Shown here in pieces: positions 44,723-53,456 of a DNA stretch of 64,000 nt. The notes below the pieces were generated by a model. That model had not been told where the DNA came from and did no database searches. It saw only the letters and a list, made by a program, of their open reading frames with translations. The first letter of the stretch is position 1. Each line of letters begins with the position of its first letter. A program made the position numbers and the translations under genes. This DNA is from Myxococcota bacterium. Its GTDB lineage: Bacteria > Myxococcota_A > UBA9160 > UBA6930. The stretch spans positions 960,001 to 1,024,000 of the forward strand of contig OZ245002.1 of assembly GCA_965223415.1 (NCBI GenBank), given 5' to 3'.

Positions 44723-46231
44723 ATGATGCGACATCGCCTCGTCCTCGGGCTCGTCTGCTTCCCGCTGCTCCTCGCCGCGCCGAAGGGGTTCGCGGAGGAG
44801 CCGTGGGATCTGGTCCTGGCGGGCGGGCGCGTCCTCGATCCGGAGTCCGGCCTCGACGCCGTGCGCTGGGTCGGCGTGCGCGGCGGGCGCATCGGTGCGG
44901 TCTCCGAGGCACCCCTCGGAGGCGCCGAAGTCGTCGACGTCTCCGGTCTCGCGGTGGCGCCGGGCTTCATCGATCTGCACGTCCACGGCCAGGAGCCGCG
45001 GAGCTACGGCTACCTGGCCCAGGACGGCGTGACCACCGCCCTGGAGCTCGAGGCCGGCGTGCACCGGATCGACCGCTTCCTCGCCCGCAGGGAGGGCAAG
45101 GCGCGGGTGCACTTCGGCGCCTCGGCGGGGCACATGCCAGCGCGGGCCCTCGTCCTCGATGGCGTATCCCTCGAGCACTTCATGACGGCAGAGGTGATGG
45201 AGCGGGGCCTTCGCCTGCTGTGGACCGGCTTCCGCATGTGGCTGCGCGACGCCCCGCGCTTCGGCTACGTGATCGCCACCCGGGAGCAGCGCGAAGAGAT
45301 CATCGCCGCTCTGGCCGAGGAGCTCGATCGGGGGGCCATCGGGATCGGCATGGGCCTGGCCTACACGCCGGGCGCCGACGGACCCGAGATCGCCGGCGTG
45401 TTCGACCTGGCTGCCCGGCGCGGGGCTCCCGTCTTCGTCCACCTGCCGGCCCAGGCGGATCCGGAGGACATGCAGCCCCTCGAGACCGTGCTCGGCTACG
45501 CCCGCGGCTCCGGTGCAGCCCTGCACGTGGTGCACGTCAACAGCTCCAGCCAGGATGCGGTGGCGAGCTACCTGGAGCGCATCGAGACGGCGCGGTCCCA
45601 GGGGCTCGACGTGAGCGTCGAGGCCTACCCCTACACGGCCGGCTCCACGCGCATCGAGTCGGCGCTCTTCGACGAAGGCTGGCGCGACAAGCGCAACATG
45701 GACTTCGGCGATCTCCAGTGGGCCGCCACCGGCGAGCGCCTGACCGCAGAAAGCTTCGTCCACTTCCGGAAGCAGGGGGGCACCGTGATCCTCCACTTCA
45801 TGAAGCAGGAGATGGTGGATGCGGCCGTCGAGCACCCCCTCACCATGATCGCCTCCGACGGCATGCCGATGCAGGGCGCGAGCCCGCATCCGCGGGGCGC
45901 CGGCAGCCGCGCGCGGGTGCTGGCGCGCAACGTGCGCGAGCGCGGCGCATTGGGCCTGCTCGATGCCGTCCGGAAGATGTCCCTCGATCCCGCTCGCCGC
46001 CTCGAGGCCTTCGTACCCGCGATGGGTCGCAAGGGGCGCATCCGCGCCGGGGCCGACGCGGACCTGGTCGTCTTCGATCCCGAGACGGTGCGCGATCGCG
46101 CCAGCTTCGAGGAGCCCTTCCAGCCCTCCGAAGGCATCCCCCATGTGCTCGTCGGCGGGAACTTCGTCGTGCGAAACGGAGCCCTGGTGAAAGGCGCCGC
46201 TCCGGGCCGCGCCCTACGCGCGGGAGGCTGA
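44723..46231 (+). CDS. Secreted amidohydrolase (N-acyl-D-amino acid deacylase-like)
   Basis: Signal peptide; APGFIDLHVH, EAYPYTAGST, IASDG, HPRGAG, GADADLVVFDP. Confidence 0.88.
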   Translation: MMRHRLVLGLVCFPLLLAAPKGFAEEPWDLVLAGGRVLDPESGLDAVRWVGVRGGRIGAVSEAPLGGAEVVDVSGLAVAPGFIDLHVHGQEPRSYGYLAQDGVTTALELEAGVHRIDRFLARREGKARVHFGASAGHMPARALVLDGVSLEHFMTAEVMERGLRLLWTGFRMWLRDAPRFGYVIATREQREEIIAALAEELDRGAIGIGMGLAYTPGADGPEIAGVFDLAARRGAPVFVHLPAQADPEDMQPLETVLGYARGSGAALHVVHVNSSSQDAVASYLERIETARSQGLDVSVEAYPYTAGSTRIESALFDEGWRDKRNMDFGDLQWAATGERLTAESFVHFRKQGGTVILHFMKQEMVDAAVEHPLTMIASDGMPMQGASPHPRGAGSRARVLARNVRERGALGLLDAVRKMSLDPARRLEAFVPAMGRKGRIRAGADADLVVFDPETVRDRASFEEPFQPSEGIPHVLVGGNFVVRNGALVKGAAPGRALRAGG

Positions 46232-46242
46232 GGCCGTGGGGC

Positions 46243-47832
46243 TCAGCCCAGTGCGAAGCCCTCGTAGCCCTTCGCCACCACCTCTTCGCACTTCTCGACG
46301 TAGGGCGGGAAGCCCAGGTAGGGCATGAAGACCCGCGGCTTGCCGGGCACGTTCGCTCCCAGGTACCAGGAGTTGCAGCTCGGGAAGAGCGTCTCCCCCG
46401 CCACCTCGTTGACGTGGGCGACCCAGGCGTCCTCGGCCTCGACGGTCGCCTCGATGCAGGCGGCCTCACCCTGCCGCACCCACGCGATGCAGTCGGCGAT
46501 CCACTCCACGTGCTGCTCGATGGATGGGATCATGTTCGAGAGCACCGAGGGGCTTCCGGGACCGGTGATGGTGAAGAGGTTCGGGAAGCCGGCCGTCGCG
46601 AGCCCCAGGTAGGTGCGCGGGCCTTCGGCCCACTTCTCCCGGAGCGTGCACCCCGCCCGGCCGCGGATGTCGACCTTGAGGAGCGCGCCGGTCATCGCGT
46701 CGAAGCCGGTGGCGAAGACGATGGCGTCGAGCTCGAATTCGGCGTCCGCGGTCCGCAGGCCGGTCGGCGTGATCTCGCGGATCGGCACCTCCAGCACGTC
46801 GACCAGGCTGACGTTCGGCCGGTTGAAGGTGGCGTAGTAGTCGGTGTCGACGCAGAGCCGTTTACAGGCCACGACCGTGTCCGGCGTCAGCTTCGCCGCG
46901 ATCTCCGGATCGCGCACGATGCTCTCGATCTTGCCACGCAGGAACCGGGCGGCGGTGTCGTTCGCCTCCTTGTTGCTGAGGAGGTCGTCGAAAACGCCCA
47001 TGAAGGGCAGGCCTCCGTGCTCCCAGCGCGCCTCGTACTCCCGCTGCCGCTCCTCGGGCGTCACGGCCAGGGCCGAGGTTTCGTTCGGCGCCGTGTCCAG
47101 GCCGAAGGGCATCTGTTTCGCCCGGGCCCGCAGGCCCGCGTAGTCGGCCTTCACCCGCTGCTGGGTCTCCGCCTCCAGCTTCTGGTTGTGGGCGGGAACG
47201 GACCAGTTCGGGGTCCGCTGGAAGACGTAGAGGTGCTCCGCCTGCTGGGCGAGGATCGGGATCGACTGGATGCCCGAGGAGCCCGTTCCGATCACGCCGA
47301 CCCGCTGTCCGGTGAAGTCGACGCCTTCGTGGGGCCACTGGCCCGTGTGGTAGACGGGGCCGCGGAAGGAATCCCGCCCCGGGAACTCCGGCGTGTTCAC
47401 CGACGAGAGACAGCCGGTCGCGAAGACGACGAAGCGTGCCGTCGCGTCGCCGCGATCGGTGCCGACCCTCCAGCGCCCGGCCGCCTCGCCGAAGTGGGCG
47501 GCCTCGACCCGGGTCTCGAGCTGGACGTCGGCCCGGAGATCGAAGCGATCGGCGACGTGCTCGATGTAGCGCAGGATTTCGGGCTGCGTGGCATAGCGTT
47601 CGGTCCACTCCCACTCCTGCTGGAGATCCTCGTCGAACTGGTAGGAGTACTCCATGCTCTCGACGTCGCAGCGCGCACCGGGGTAGCGGTTCCAGAACCA
47701 GGTGCCGCCCACGCCGCTGCCAGCCTCGAACACCCGCACCGAGAGACCCTGCTGCCGCAGCCGATGGAGCATGTAGAGGCCGCCGAGGCCAGCGCCCACC
47801 ACGATCGCGTCGTACTCCGGCCCCTCCGCCAT
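46243..47832 (-). CDS. Baeyer-Villiger monooxygenase
   Basis: GAGLGG, GGTWFWNRYPGARCD, fingerprint FRGPVYHTGQWP, GTGSSG, ATGFD. Confidence 0.96.
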   Translation of the reverse strand: MAEGPEYDAIVVGAGLGGLYMLHRLRQQGLSVRVFEAGSGVGGTWFWNRYPGARCDVESMEYSYQFDEDLQQEWEWTERYATQPEILRYIEHVADRFDLRADVQLETRVEAAHFGEAAGRWRVGTDRGDATARFVVFATGCLSSVNTPEFPGRDSFRGPVYHTGQWPHEGVDFTGQRVGVIGTGSSGIQSIPILAQQAEHLYVFQRTPNWSVPAHNQKLEAETQQRVKADYAGLRARAKQMPFGLDTAPNETSALAVTPEERQREYEARWEHGGLPFMGVFDDLLSNKEANDTAARFLRGKIESIVRDPEIAAKLTPDTVVACKRLCVDTDYYATFNRPNVSLVDVLEVPIREITPTGLRTADAEFELDAIVFATGFDAMTGALLKVDIRGRAGCTLREKWAEGPRTYLGLATAGFPNLFTITGPGSPSVLSNMIPSIEQHVEWIADCIAWVRQGEAACIEATVEAEDAWVAHVNEVAGETLFPSCNSWYLGANVPGKPRVFMPYLGFPPYVEKCEEVVAKGYEGFALG

Positions 47833-47835
47833 CGG

Positions 47836-48969
47836 CTAGCCTCCCAGCGACTTGTAGGCCGCCATCACGACGCTGCCGCCCCGAACGTCGCCCAGCAGGT
47901 CCGCGTCCATGCGGTTCATGACGTAAGCCACGGACATGCGCGCATCGAGATCGATGATCGAAAGCGATCCGCCCCATCCGCCCCAGAAGAAGGTGCGCTC
48001 GTTGGGGCTGAGCGGGAAGGTCGGGTCGATCAGCCCGAAGCCCATGCCGAAGCGAATCGGCACGCTCATCACCCGATCGATCCCCTGGCACTGCTCCTCG
48101 AGCGCCTTCTCGACGCCCGCCGCCGAGAGGATCCGCACGCCGTCCACCTCGCCGCCGCAGGCCAGGGCCGAGTGCACCCGCGCTATCGAGCGGGCGTTGC
48201 CGATGCCGCCGGCCGCGGGGATCTCGGCGCGCCGCCAGCCGGGGGTGCGCGGCTCGGTGCCGTCGATGGGGCAGCTCGTCATCGTACGCACCGCGATCGA
48301 GTCCGCATCGCCGGGCTGCGCTCCCGGCGGCGCACCGGGCGGCACGAGCTCACCGACCCGGTCGTCGTGGGCCGGGTCGAGACCGATGTGGAAGTCCGCA
48401 CCGAGAGGCTCCGCGATCTCCTCCCGGAAGAAGGTGCCGAGGCTCCGGCCGGTGACGCGGCGAATGATCTCGCCCTGGAGGAAGCCCTGGGTGACGGCGT
48501 GGTAGCCGGAGCCGTCTCCCGGCGTCCACCAGGGCGTCTGCGCCGCCAGCCGGCTGGCTATGCCCTCCCAGTCGTAGAGCTCCGCGAGGGAGGCGAGCGG
48601 CGGATCGAAGCCCGAGAGCCCAGCGCTGTGGCTCATCACGTGCTTGACCAGTACGCGCTCCTTCCCGTTCGCCGCGAACTCCGGCCAGTAGGCCGCGACC
48701 GGAGCCTCGAAGTCCAGGAGCCCCCGATCGGCCGCGACGAGCATGCACGCCCCGGCCATCGTCTTCGTCGTCGAGTACACGTTGACGATCGTGTCCCGCT
48801 GCCACGGGGTGCCGTTCGGGTCGGCGTCTCCGGCCCAGAGGTCGACGACGGGTACGCCGTCCAGTGTCACCGCGGCGCACGCTCCCACCTCCAGGCCGCT
48901 GGCGAAGTTCGCCGCGAAGGCCTCGCGGACGGGCTCGAAGCGGGCGTCGCAGGTTCCGTGGATCTCCAT
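47836..48969 (-). CDS. Beta-lactamase-fold serine hydrolase (esterase)
   Basis: SxxK (STTK), YWPEF, SH.AGL, GYH, WGGWGGS. Confidence 0.92.
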   Translation of the reverse strand: MEIHGTCDARFEPVREAFAANFASGLEVGACAAVTLDGVPVVDLWAGDADPNGTPWQRDTIVNVYSTTKTMAGACMLVAADRGLLDFEAPVAAYWPEFAANGKERVLVKHVMSHSAGLSGFDPPLASLAELYDWEGIASRLAAQTPWWTPGDGSGYHAVTQGFLQGEIIRRVTGRSLGTFFREEIAEPLGADFHIGLDPAHDDRVGELVPPGAPPGAQPGDADSIAVRTMTSCPIDGTEPRTPGWRRAEIPAAGGIGNARSIARVHSALACGGEVDGVRILSAAGVEKALEEQCQGIDRVMSVPIRFGMGFGLIDPTFPLSPNERTFFWGGWGGSLSIIDLDARMSVAYVMNRMDADLLGDVRGGSVVMAAYKSLGG

Positions 48970-49313
48970 GGGGCCTCCCGGAGCGTGAGGGGGCCGCCAT
49001 ACTAGCTCGATCCGGCGGGTAGGGGCGTGAGGGGTGTGGCGGCCGGCGGCTAGGAGGCGTGGACACGAACGGCCGGCGGGCCGGGGCGCTCCTCGGCCAC
49101 GGCGGAGGGCTGCGTCATCCATTCGGGAACCGGGCAGGCCTCTGGATCCACTCACTCCGCAGTCCATGCCGTGGCTGCGGCGCGAGGAAGACGGACGGGG
49201 AACCGGACATGGGCGTCCGAGTCGAGCCCCCACGACGAGAGGGCGTTGAACGGATCCGCGCCCTGCCCAGACCTCGCGTTGGGCGGGGCGCCCGCGCCGC
49301 CCGAGACGGGCGG

Positions 49314-49460
49314 CTACGCTCCCGCCGGGGCCGCAGACCGATCGACGGGCTCCGCGTCGGCCAGGGGGCGCAGGAAGGCGACCCCGAAACCGACGTGGTC
49401 GTCCTTCGGTCCGGACGTGCGGATGACCTCGCCCTGCACGACGACGGGCGTCGCGAAAGT
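49314..49460 (-). pseudogene. Possible C-terminal remnant of a PilZ-like domain
   Basis: Reads TPVVVQGEVIRTSGPKDDHVGFGVAFL...*, resembling the last strands of PilZ; no in-frame start nearby. Confidence 0.35.
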
Positions 49461-49593
49461 CGAGCATGGCCCCCCAAAATCGGACGGACGGGCCGGAAAG
49501 TTGACGGGGGGCGGAAGACGATTGAACCGACCCGGGCCGCCTCAGGACCGACGTCCAACCACCTCCCGTGAGCGCCCATCGAGGAATCGGCCG

Positions 49594-50566
49594 ATGTCGA
49601 CCCCGGTCCAGGATCTGTTCCGGCAGCGCACCTTCGTGACCAACGCCGGAACGGAGACCTATCTCGTCTTCCAGCAGGGGTTTCCCCTGCCCGAGTTCTG
49701 CGCCTTCACCGTGTTCGACGACGCGGAGGCGTGGGCAGCCCTCGAGCGCGACTACCTGGCGCCGATCCTGCAGGCTGCGGCCGAGCACGGCCACGGAGCG
49801 CTGATCGACGCCCTCGTCTGGCGGGCCCAGCCCGACTTCATCGTGAAGCTCGGTCACGGCCCGGACGAGCTCCGCCCGATCAACGCGAGAGCCGTGGAGC
49901 GCACCCGGGAGAGCATCGACCACTGGCGGCGGCTGAACGGGCACGACCAGGACAGCCTCCCGGCGCTGATCGCGGCCGATCTCGGCCCTCGCGGCGACGG
50001 CTACCGCCTGGACGACACCTCACCCACCACCGATGCGGCTCGCGACTACCACCTGCCCCAGATCCGCGCCGTCGCGGAAGCCGGCGCCGACCTGGTGTGC
50101 GCGCTCACCATGACGAGCCTGGTCGAGTCCGTCGGCATCGTCGAGGCGGCGGCGATCACCGAGCTGCCGATCATCGTCTCACCCACCGTCGAGACCGACG
50201 GGCGGCTCCCCGACGGGAGCGAGCTGGGGACGTTCGTGTCGAGGGTCGACCTCGCCACCGATGCGGAGCCGCTCTTCTACATGGTCAACTGCGCGCATCC
50301 GAGCCACGTGCGGCGCCCTGGAGTCCGCTCGGTCGGCGGGCGAGGCCTGGCTGCAGCGCTTCCGGGGCTTCCGTGCGAACGCGTCCCGCAAGAGCCACGA
50401 GGAGCTGGACAAGAGCACCGAGCTCGACCGCGGCGACGTCGACGAGCTGGCCCGCGAGATGGCCGAGCTGAGCGAGGCCTTCGACCTGCGCGTCATCGGC
50501 GGCTGCTGCGGCACCGATCAGGAGCACCTGGCCGCGATCGCCGCGTGCGGGGGTGCCCGGAGCTGA
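49594..50566 (+). pseudogene. Homocysteine S-methyltransferase family gene with a frameshift near 50311
   Basis: GTET...LPEFCAF, GPRGDGY, VNCAHP in one frame; RANASRKSHEELD and GGCCGTD in the +1 frame. Confidence 0.85.
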
Positions 50567-50596
50567 GCTCGCCAGGCGGGGGGGTATGCTCCGCCC

Positions 50597-51352
50597 ATGG
50601 CCTCCCCCGCCCGGCTCACGCCCCTCGGCTGCGGATGGCTGACCGGCGCGCTCGGCCTGTTCCTCCGCGGCCTCGAGGGTCGCCTCCGGGTGCCGGTGCC
50701 CGCCTACCGGATCGAGCATCCCCGGGGAACGGTGCTGTTCGACACGGGGATGCACCCGGACGTGGCCCGCGATCCCGAGGGCCGCTTGGGCTTCCTGGCC
50801 AAGGTCTTCGAGGTGGAGATGAGCGACGACGACCCTGTCGCCCGCCAGCTCGCCCTCCGCGACACGGACCCGGAGCGGGTCGACCTCGTGATCGTCTCGC
50901 ACCTGCACTTCGACCACGCCGGAGGCCTGGCCACCGTCCCCAACGCCGATCTCGTGGTGCAGCGGCGCGAGTGGGAGGCGGCCCTTGACCCGGAACTGGC
51001 CCGGCAGAACGCCCTGGACCCCAAGGACTTCGACCACGGCCACCGCGTCCGCCAGGTCGACGGAGAGTACGACGTCTTCGGCGACGGATCGGTCGTTTGT
51101 CTGCCGACCCATGGGCACACTCCGGGCCACCAGTCCCTGCTGGTGCGCACGGACGACGGAGACGCCGTCCTGACGGGCGATGCCTGCTACCTGCGGCGCA
51201 CCCTCGCCGAGCGCCATCTCCCGAACGTCGTGCACGACGAGGCGGGCATGCTCGACTCGCTGGAACGGCTCGCGCGGCTGGAGAAGGCCGGCGCCCGCAT
51301 CTACTTCGGTCACGACCCGGAGTTCTGGGCCGAGCTCGCGGCTTCGGGCTGA
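50597..51352 (+). CDS. N-acyl-homoserine lactonase-family MBL hydrolase
   Basis: SHLHFDHAGG, GHTPGHQS, LTGDACY, FGHD. Confidence 0.9.
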   Translation: MASPARLTPLGCGWLTGALGLFLRGLEGRLRVPVPAYRIEHPRGTVLFDTGMHPDVARDPEGRLGFLAKVFEVEMSDDDPVARQLALRDTDPERVDLVIVSHLHFDHAGGLATVPNADLVVQRREWEAALDPELARQNALDPKDFDHGHRVRQVDGEYDVFGDGSVVCLPTHGHTPGHQSLLVRTDDGDAVLTGDACYLRRTLAERHLPNVVHDEAGMLDSLERLARLEKAGARIYFGHDPEFWAELAASG

Positions 51353-51816
51353 TCCGTCACGACCAGGCGCACGAGGGGAATCCGGCGCGACGTCCTCTCC
51401 TGGTACCGCCCGTAGAACGGGCGATCCAGCGTCAGCGCGCGCCACACCGCCTCCCGATCGTCCCCGTCCAGCACCTCGGCGCGGGCCCGGAAGACGAGCC
51501 GCTTGTCCCGCACGCGAACGTCGGGGTTGGCGCCGCGGTCGCGCAGGTTGTGGAACCAGGCGGGATGCCGCGGCCCACCGGCGAGGGACGCCACCAGGAT
51601 GCGGCGACCGCCCTTGTCGAGCCAGAACGGCAGACACGCCACGTTCGGCCGCCCCGACCGACGGCCGGCGGTGTAGAGGAGGAGGTGGTCCATCCTCATG
51701 GCCCTCGTGAAGAGCCGGCCGCCGGTCTTCTCGTAGATCCACACCTGGAGACGCGTCGTCCAGGGAATCAGCCAGAGCGGGGGCGTGGGGAACCAGCGAG
51801 CGCGTTGGTCAGGCAA
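51310..51816 (-). CDS. Deazaflavin (F420)-dependent nitroreductase/quinone reductase family protein
   Basis: LLLYTAGRRSGR, VAS.AG...HPAWFHNL, YQERTSRRIP. Confidence 0.85.
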   Translation of the reverse strand: MPDQRARWFPTPPLWLIPWTTRLQVWIYEKTGGRLFTRAMRMDHLLLYTAGRRSGRPNVACLPFWLDKGGRRILVASLAGGPRHPAWFHNLRDRGANPDVRVRDKRLVFRARAEVLDGDDREAVWRALTLDRPFYGRYQERTSRRIPLVRLVVTDQPEAASSAQNSGS

Positions 51817-51825
51817 GACGCGGCC

Positions 51826-52299
51826 TCATCCTCCCGAACGTAGCCGCGTTTCCGCGAGGCGTTTCTCCATCCGAAACGAGGGGAGCGGCGGCGCGCCCTC
51901 GACCTCGATCCACTCCCAGGCGACGACCCGATAGCCCTGGGAGGCGTACAGGGGTCGGCCTGCCACGGTGGCCTGCAGCAGCGCGTGCCGATAGCCATGG
52001 GAGCGGGCCGCCTGCTCGGCGTGGGACAGGATCCGGCGGGCGATCCCCAGACGGGCGAAGGCGGGATGGACGAAGAAGCCCCGCATCCGCGCGGGCGCAA
52101 CACCCGGCTCCTCCGACGCGGCGTCTCCCGGGGCCGTGTCGCCGCCGCCGAACAGGCGACGGCGAAAGCTCCACCCCCCGCAGCCGACGATGCGCTCGTC
52201 CCGGGTGGCGACGAAGTAGGTGCCGTCCTCGACCAGCCGCCTCCGCGGAGGCCGGCCGAAGGCGAACGCCGCCTTCCCGATCTCCCTGCAGGCACGCAC
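51826..52299 (-). pseudogene. GNAT acetyltransferase, probably N-terminally truncated
   Basis: LVEDGTYFV...VGCGGWS, FFVHPAFARLGIA, LY...GY; first strand and helices not recognisable. Confidence 0.6.
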
Positions 52300-52472
52300 T
52301 AGACCAGCTCCGCCAGCCAGGGCGTGAGCGAGGTCGCCAGCATGGCGAGCAGGAGCGCCGGCACCGTGTAGCGGAGCGCGACGCGCCACAGGCGCAGGCC
52401 GCGCACCCGCTCCGCACCGAACCGCACCTCGTGGATCGGCCGGTCCATCCCGAAACTCACCAGCAGCGACAT
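52299..52472 (-). pseudogene. Short hydrophobic ORF, possible remnant of the last TM of a Na+-dependent (NSS) transporter
   Basis: LRLWRVALRYTVPALLLAMLATSL resembles NSS C-termini; only 57 aa. Confidence 0.3.
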
Positions 52473-52495
52473 CCGCCGACGGAAGGGGCCCGAGG

Positions 52496-52885
52496 CTAGC
52501 GGCTGCCGAAGCCCCGCTTGGCAGGGCCCTTCCGGGTGAGCTCGAGGGCCTTCTCGGCCACGGCCCGGGCGGCCTCGGCCTGGCTCTCGTAGATCTCGTC
52601 CTGCAGCAGCTCCTTCGCGCGCCGGAAGTCGTCCTGCCGGAAGGTTTTGTCGACCCGGGGCTTCAGAGCGAACACGTGGCCGACGTGCACCTCGCGGGCC
52701 GACGCGCCGGCGGCCTTCGGCTTCGCGGCGGGCTTCTTCGCCGCAGCCTTCTTCGAGGCAGCCTTCGGCTTCGCCGCGGCCTTCTTCGAGGCAGCCTTCG
52801 GCTTCGCCGCGGCCTTCTTCGTCGCGGCCTTCTTCGTCGCGGCCTTCTTCGTGGACGTCTTGCCGGCGGTCTTGCGCGCTGCCAT
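52496..52885 (-). CDS. Lys/Ala-rich histone H1-like protein with a small C-terminal globular domain
   Basis: KKAAT and AAAKPKAASKK tandem repeats, then VHVGHVFALKPRV... Confidence 0.75.
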   Translation of the reverse strand: MAARKTAGKTSTKKAATKKAATKKAAAKPKAASKKAAAKPKAASKKAAAKKPAAKPKAAGASAREVHVGHVFALKPRVDKTFRQDDFRRAKELLQDEIYESQAEAARAVAEKALELTRKGPAKRGFGSR

Positions 52886-52925
52886 CCGCGGAGCCTAGCC
52901 CTCGGGCAGCTCCCGCACCGCCCGG

Positions 52926-53399
52926 TCAGAGATGGCTGCGGACCGCCTCCCCGATCTCCTCCGGCGTCGTCGCCGGCCCGTAGCGGGCGATCACCTGGCC
53001 GTCCTTCCCGACCAGGAACTTGGTGAAGTTCCAGCCGATGTCCTCGTTGCCCTCTTCGTCCGGGTGGCCGGCCTTCAGGAACCGGTAGAGGTCGCAGGCG
53101 CCGTCGCCGTTCACCTCGATCTTGGCGAACATCGGGAAGCTCGCGCCGTACTTGGAGCGCGCGAACTCGAGGATCTCCTCGTTCGTGCCGGGCTCCTGGG
53201 CACCGAACTGGTTGCAGGGGAAGCCGAGGACGCTGAGCCCGTCGGTCTCGTCGTGGAGGGTACGCAGACCTGCGTACTGGCCGGTGAGGCCTCACTGGCT
53301 CGCGACGTTGACCACCAGGCTGAGCTGTCCCTCGAACTCCGAGAGGGCAACGTCTTCGCCGGCGATCGACGGCATCGTGAAGTCGTGCATGCTGGCCAT
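52926..53399 (-). CDS. gpx: Glutathione peroxidase, selenoprotein (Sec36 encoded by TGA at 53292-53294)
   Basis: NVASQ-TGA-GLT in frame with LGFPCNQFG.QEPG and WNFTKFL; RBS GGAGG; SECIS hairpin follows the TGA. Confidence 0.92.
53260..53277 (-). promoter_or_regulatory. Bacterial SECIS element
   Basis: mRNA GUACGCAG-GU-CUGCGUAC begins 14 nt after UGA; apical GCAGGUCUGC matches the E. coli fdhF SECIS. Confidence 0.85.
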
Positions 53400-53456
53400 G
53401 GCGCCCTCCGATGTGGTTGACTCCGAGTCTACCAGAGCGACGGGAGCGGGAGGTAC

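Noticed and set aside
50597..51352. Quorum-quenching system
   Set aside because: Family motifs alone do not establish AHL specificity, and there is no luxI/luxR context.
53292..53294. Nonsense mutation making gpx a pseudogene
   Set aside because: The TGA is at the catalytic Cys/Sec position and is followed by a SECIS-like hairpin.
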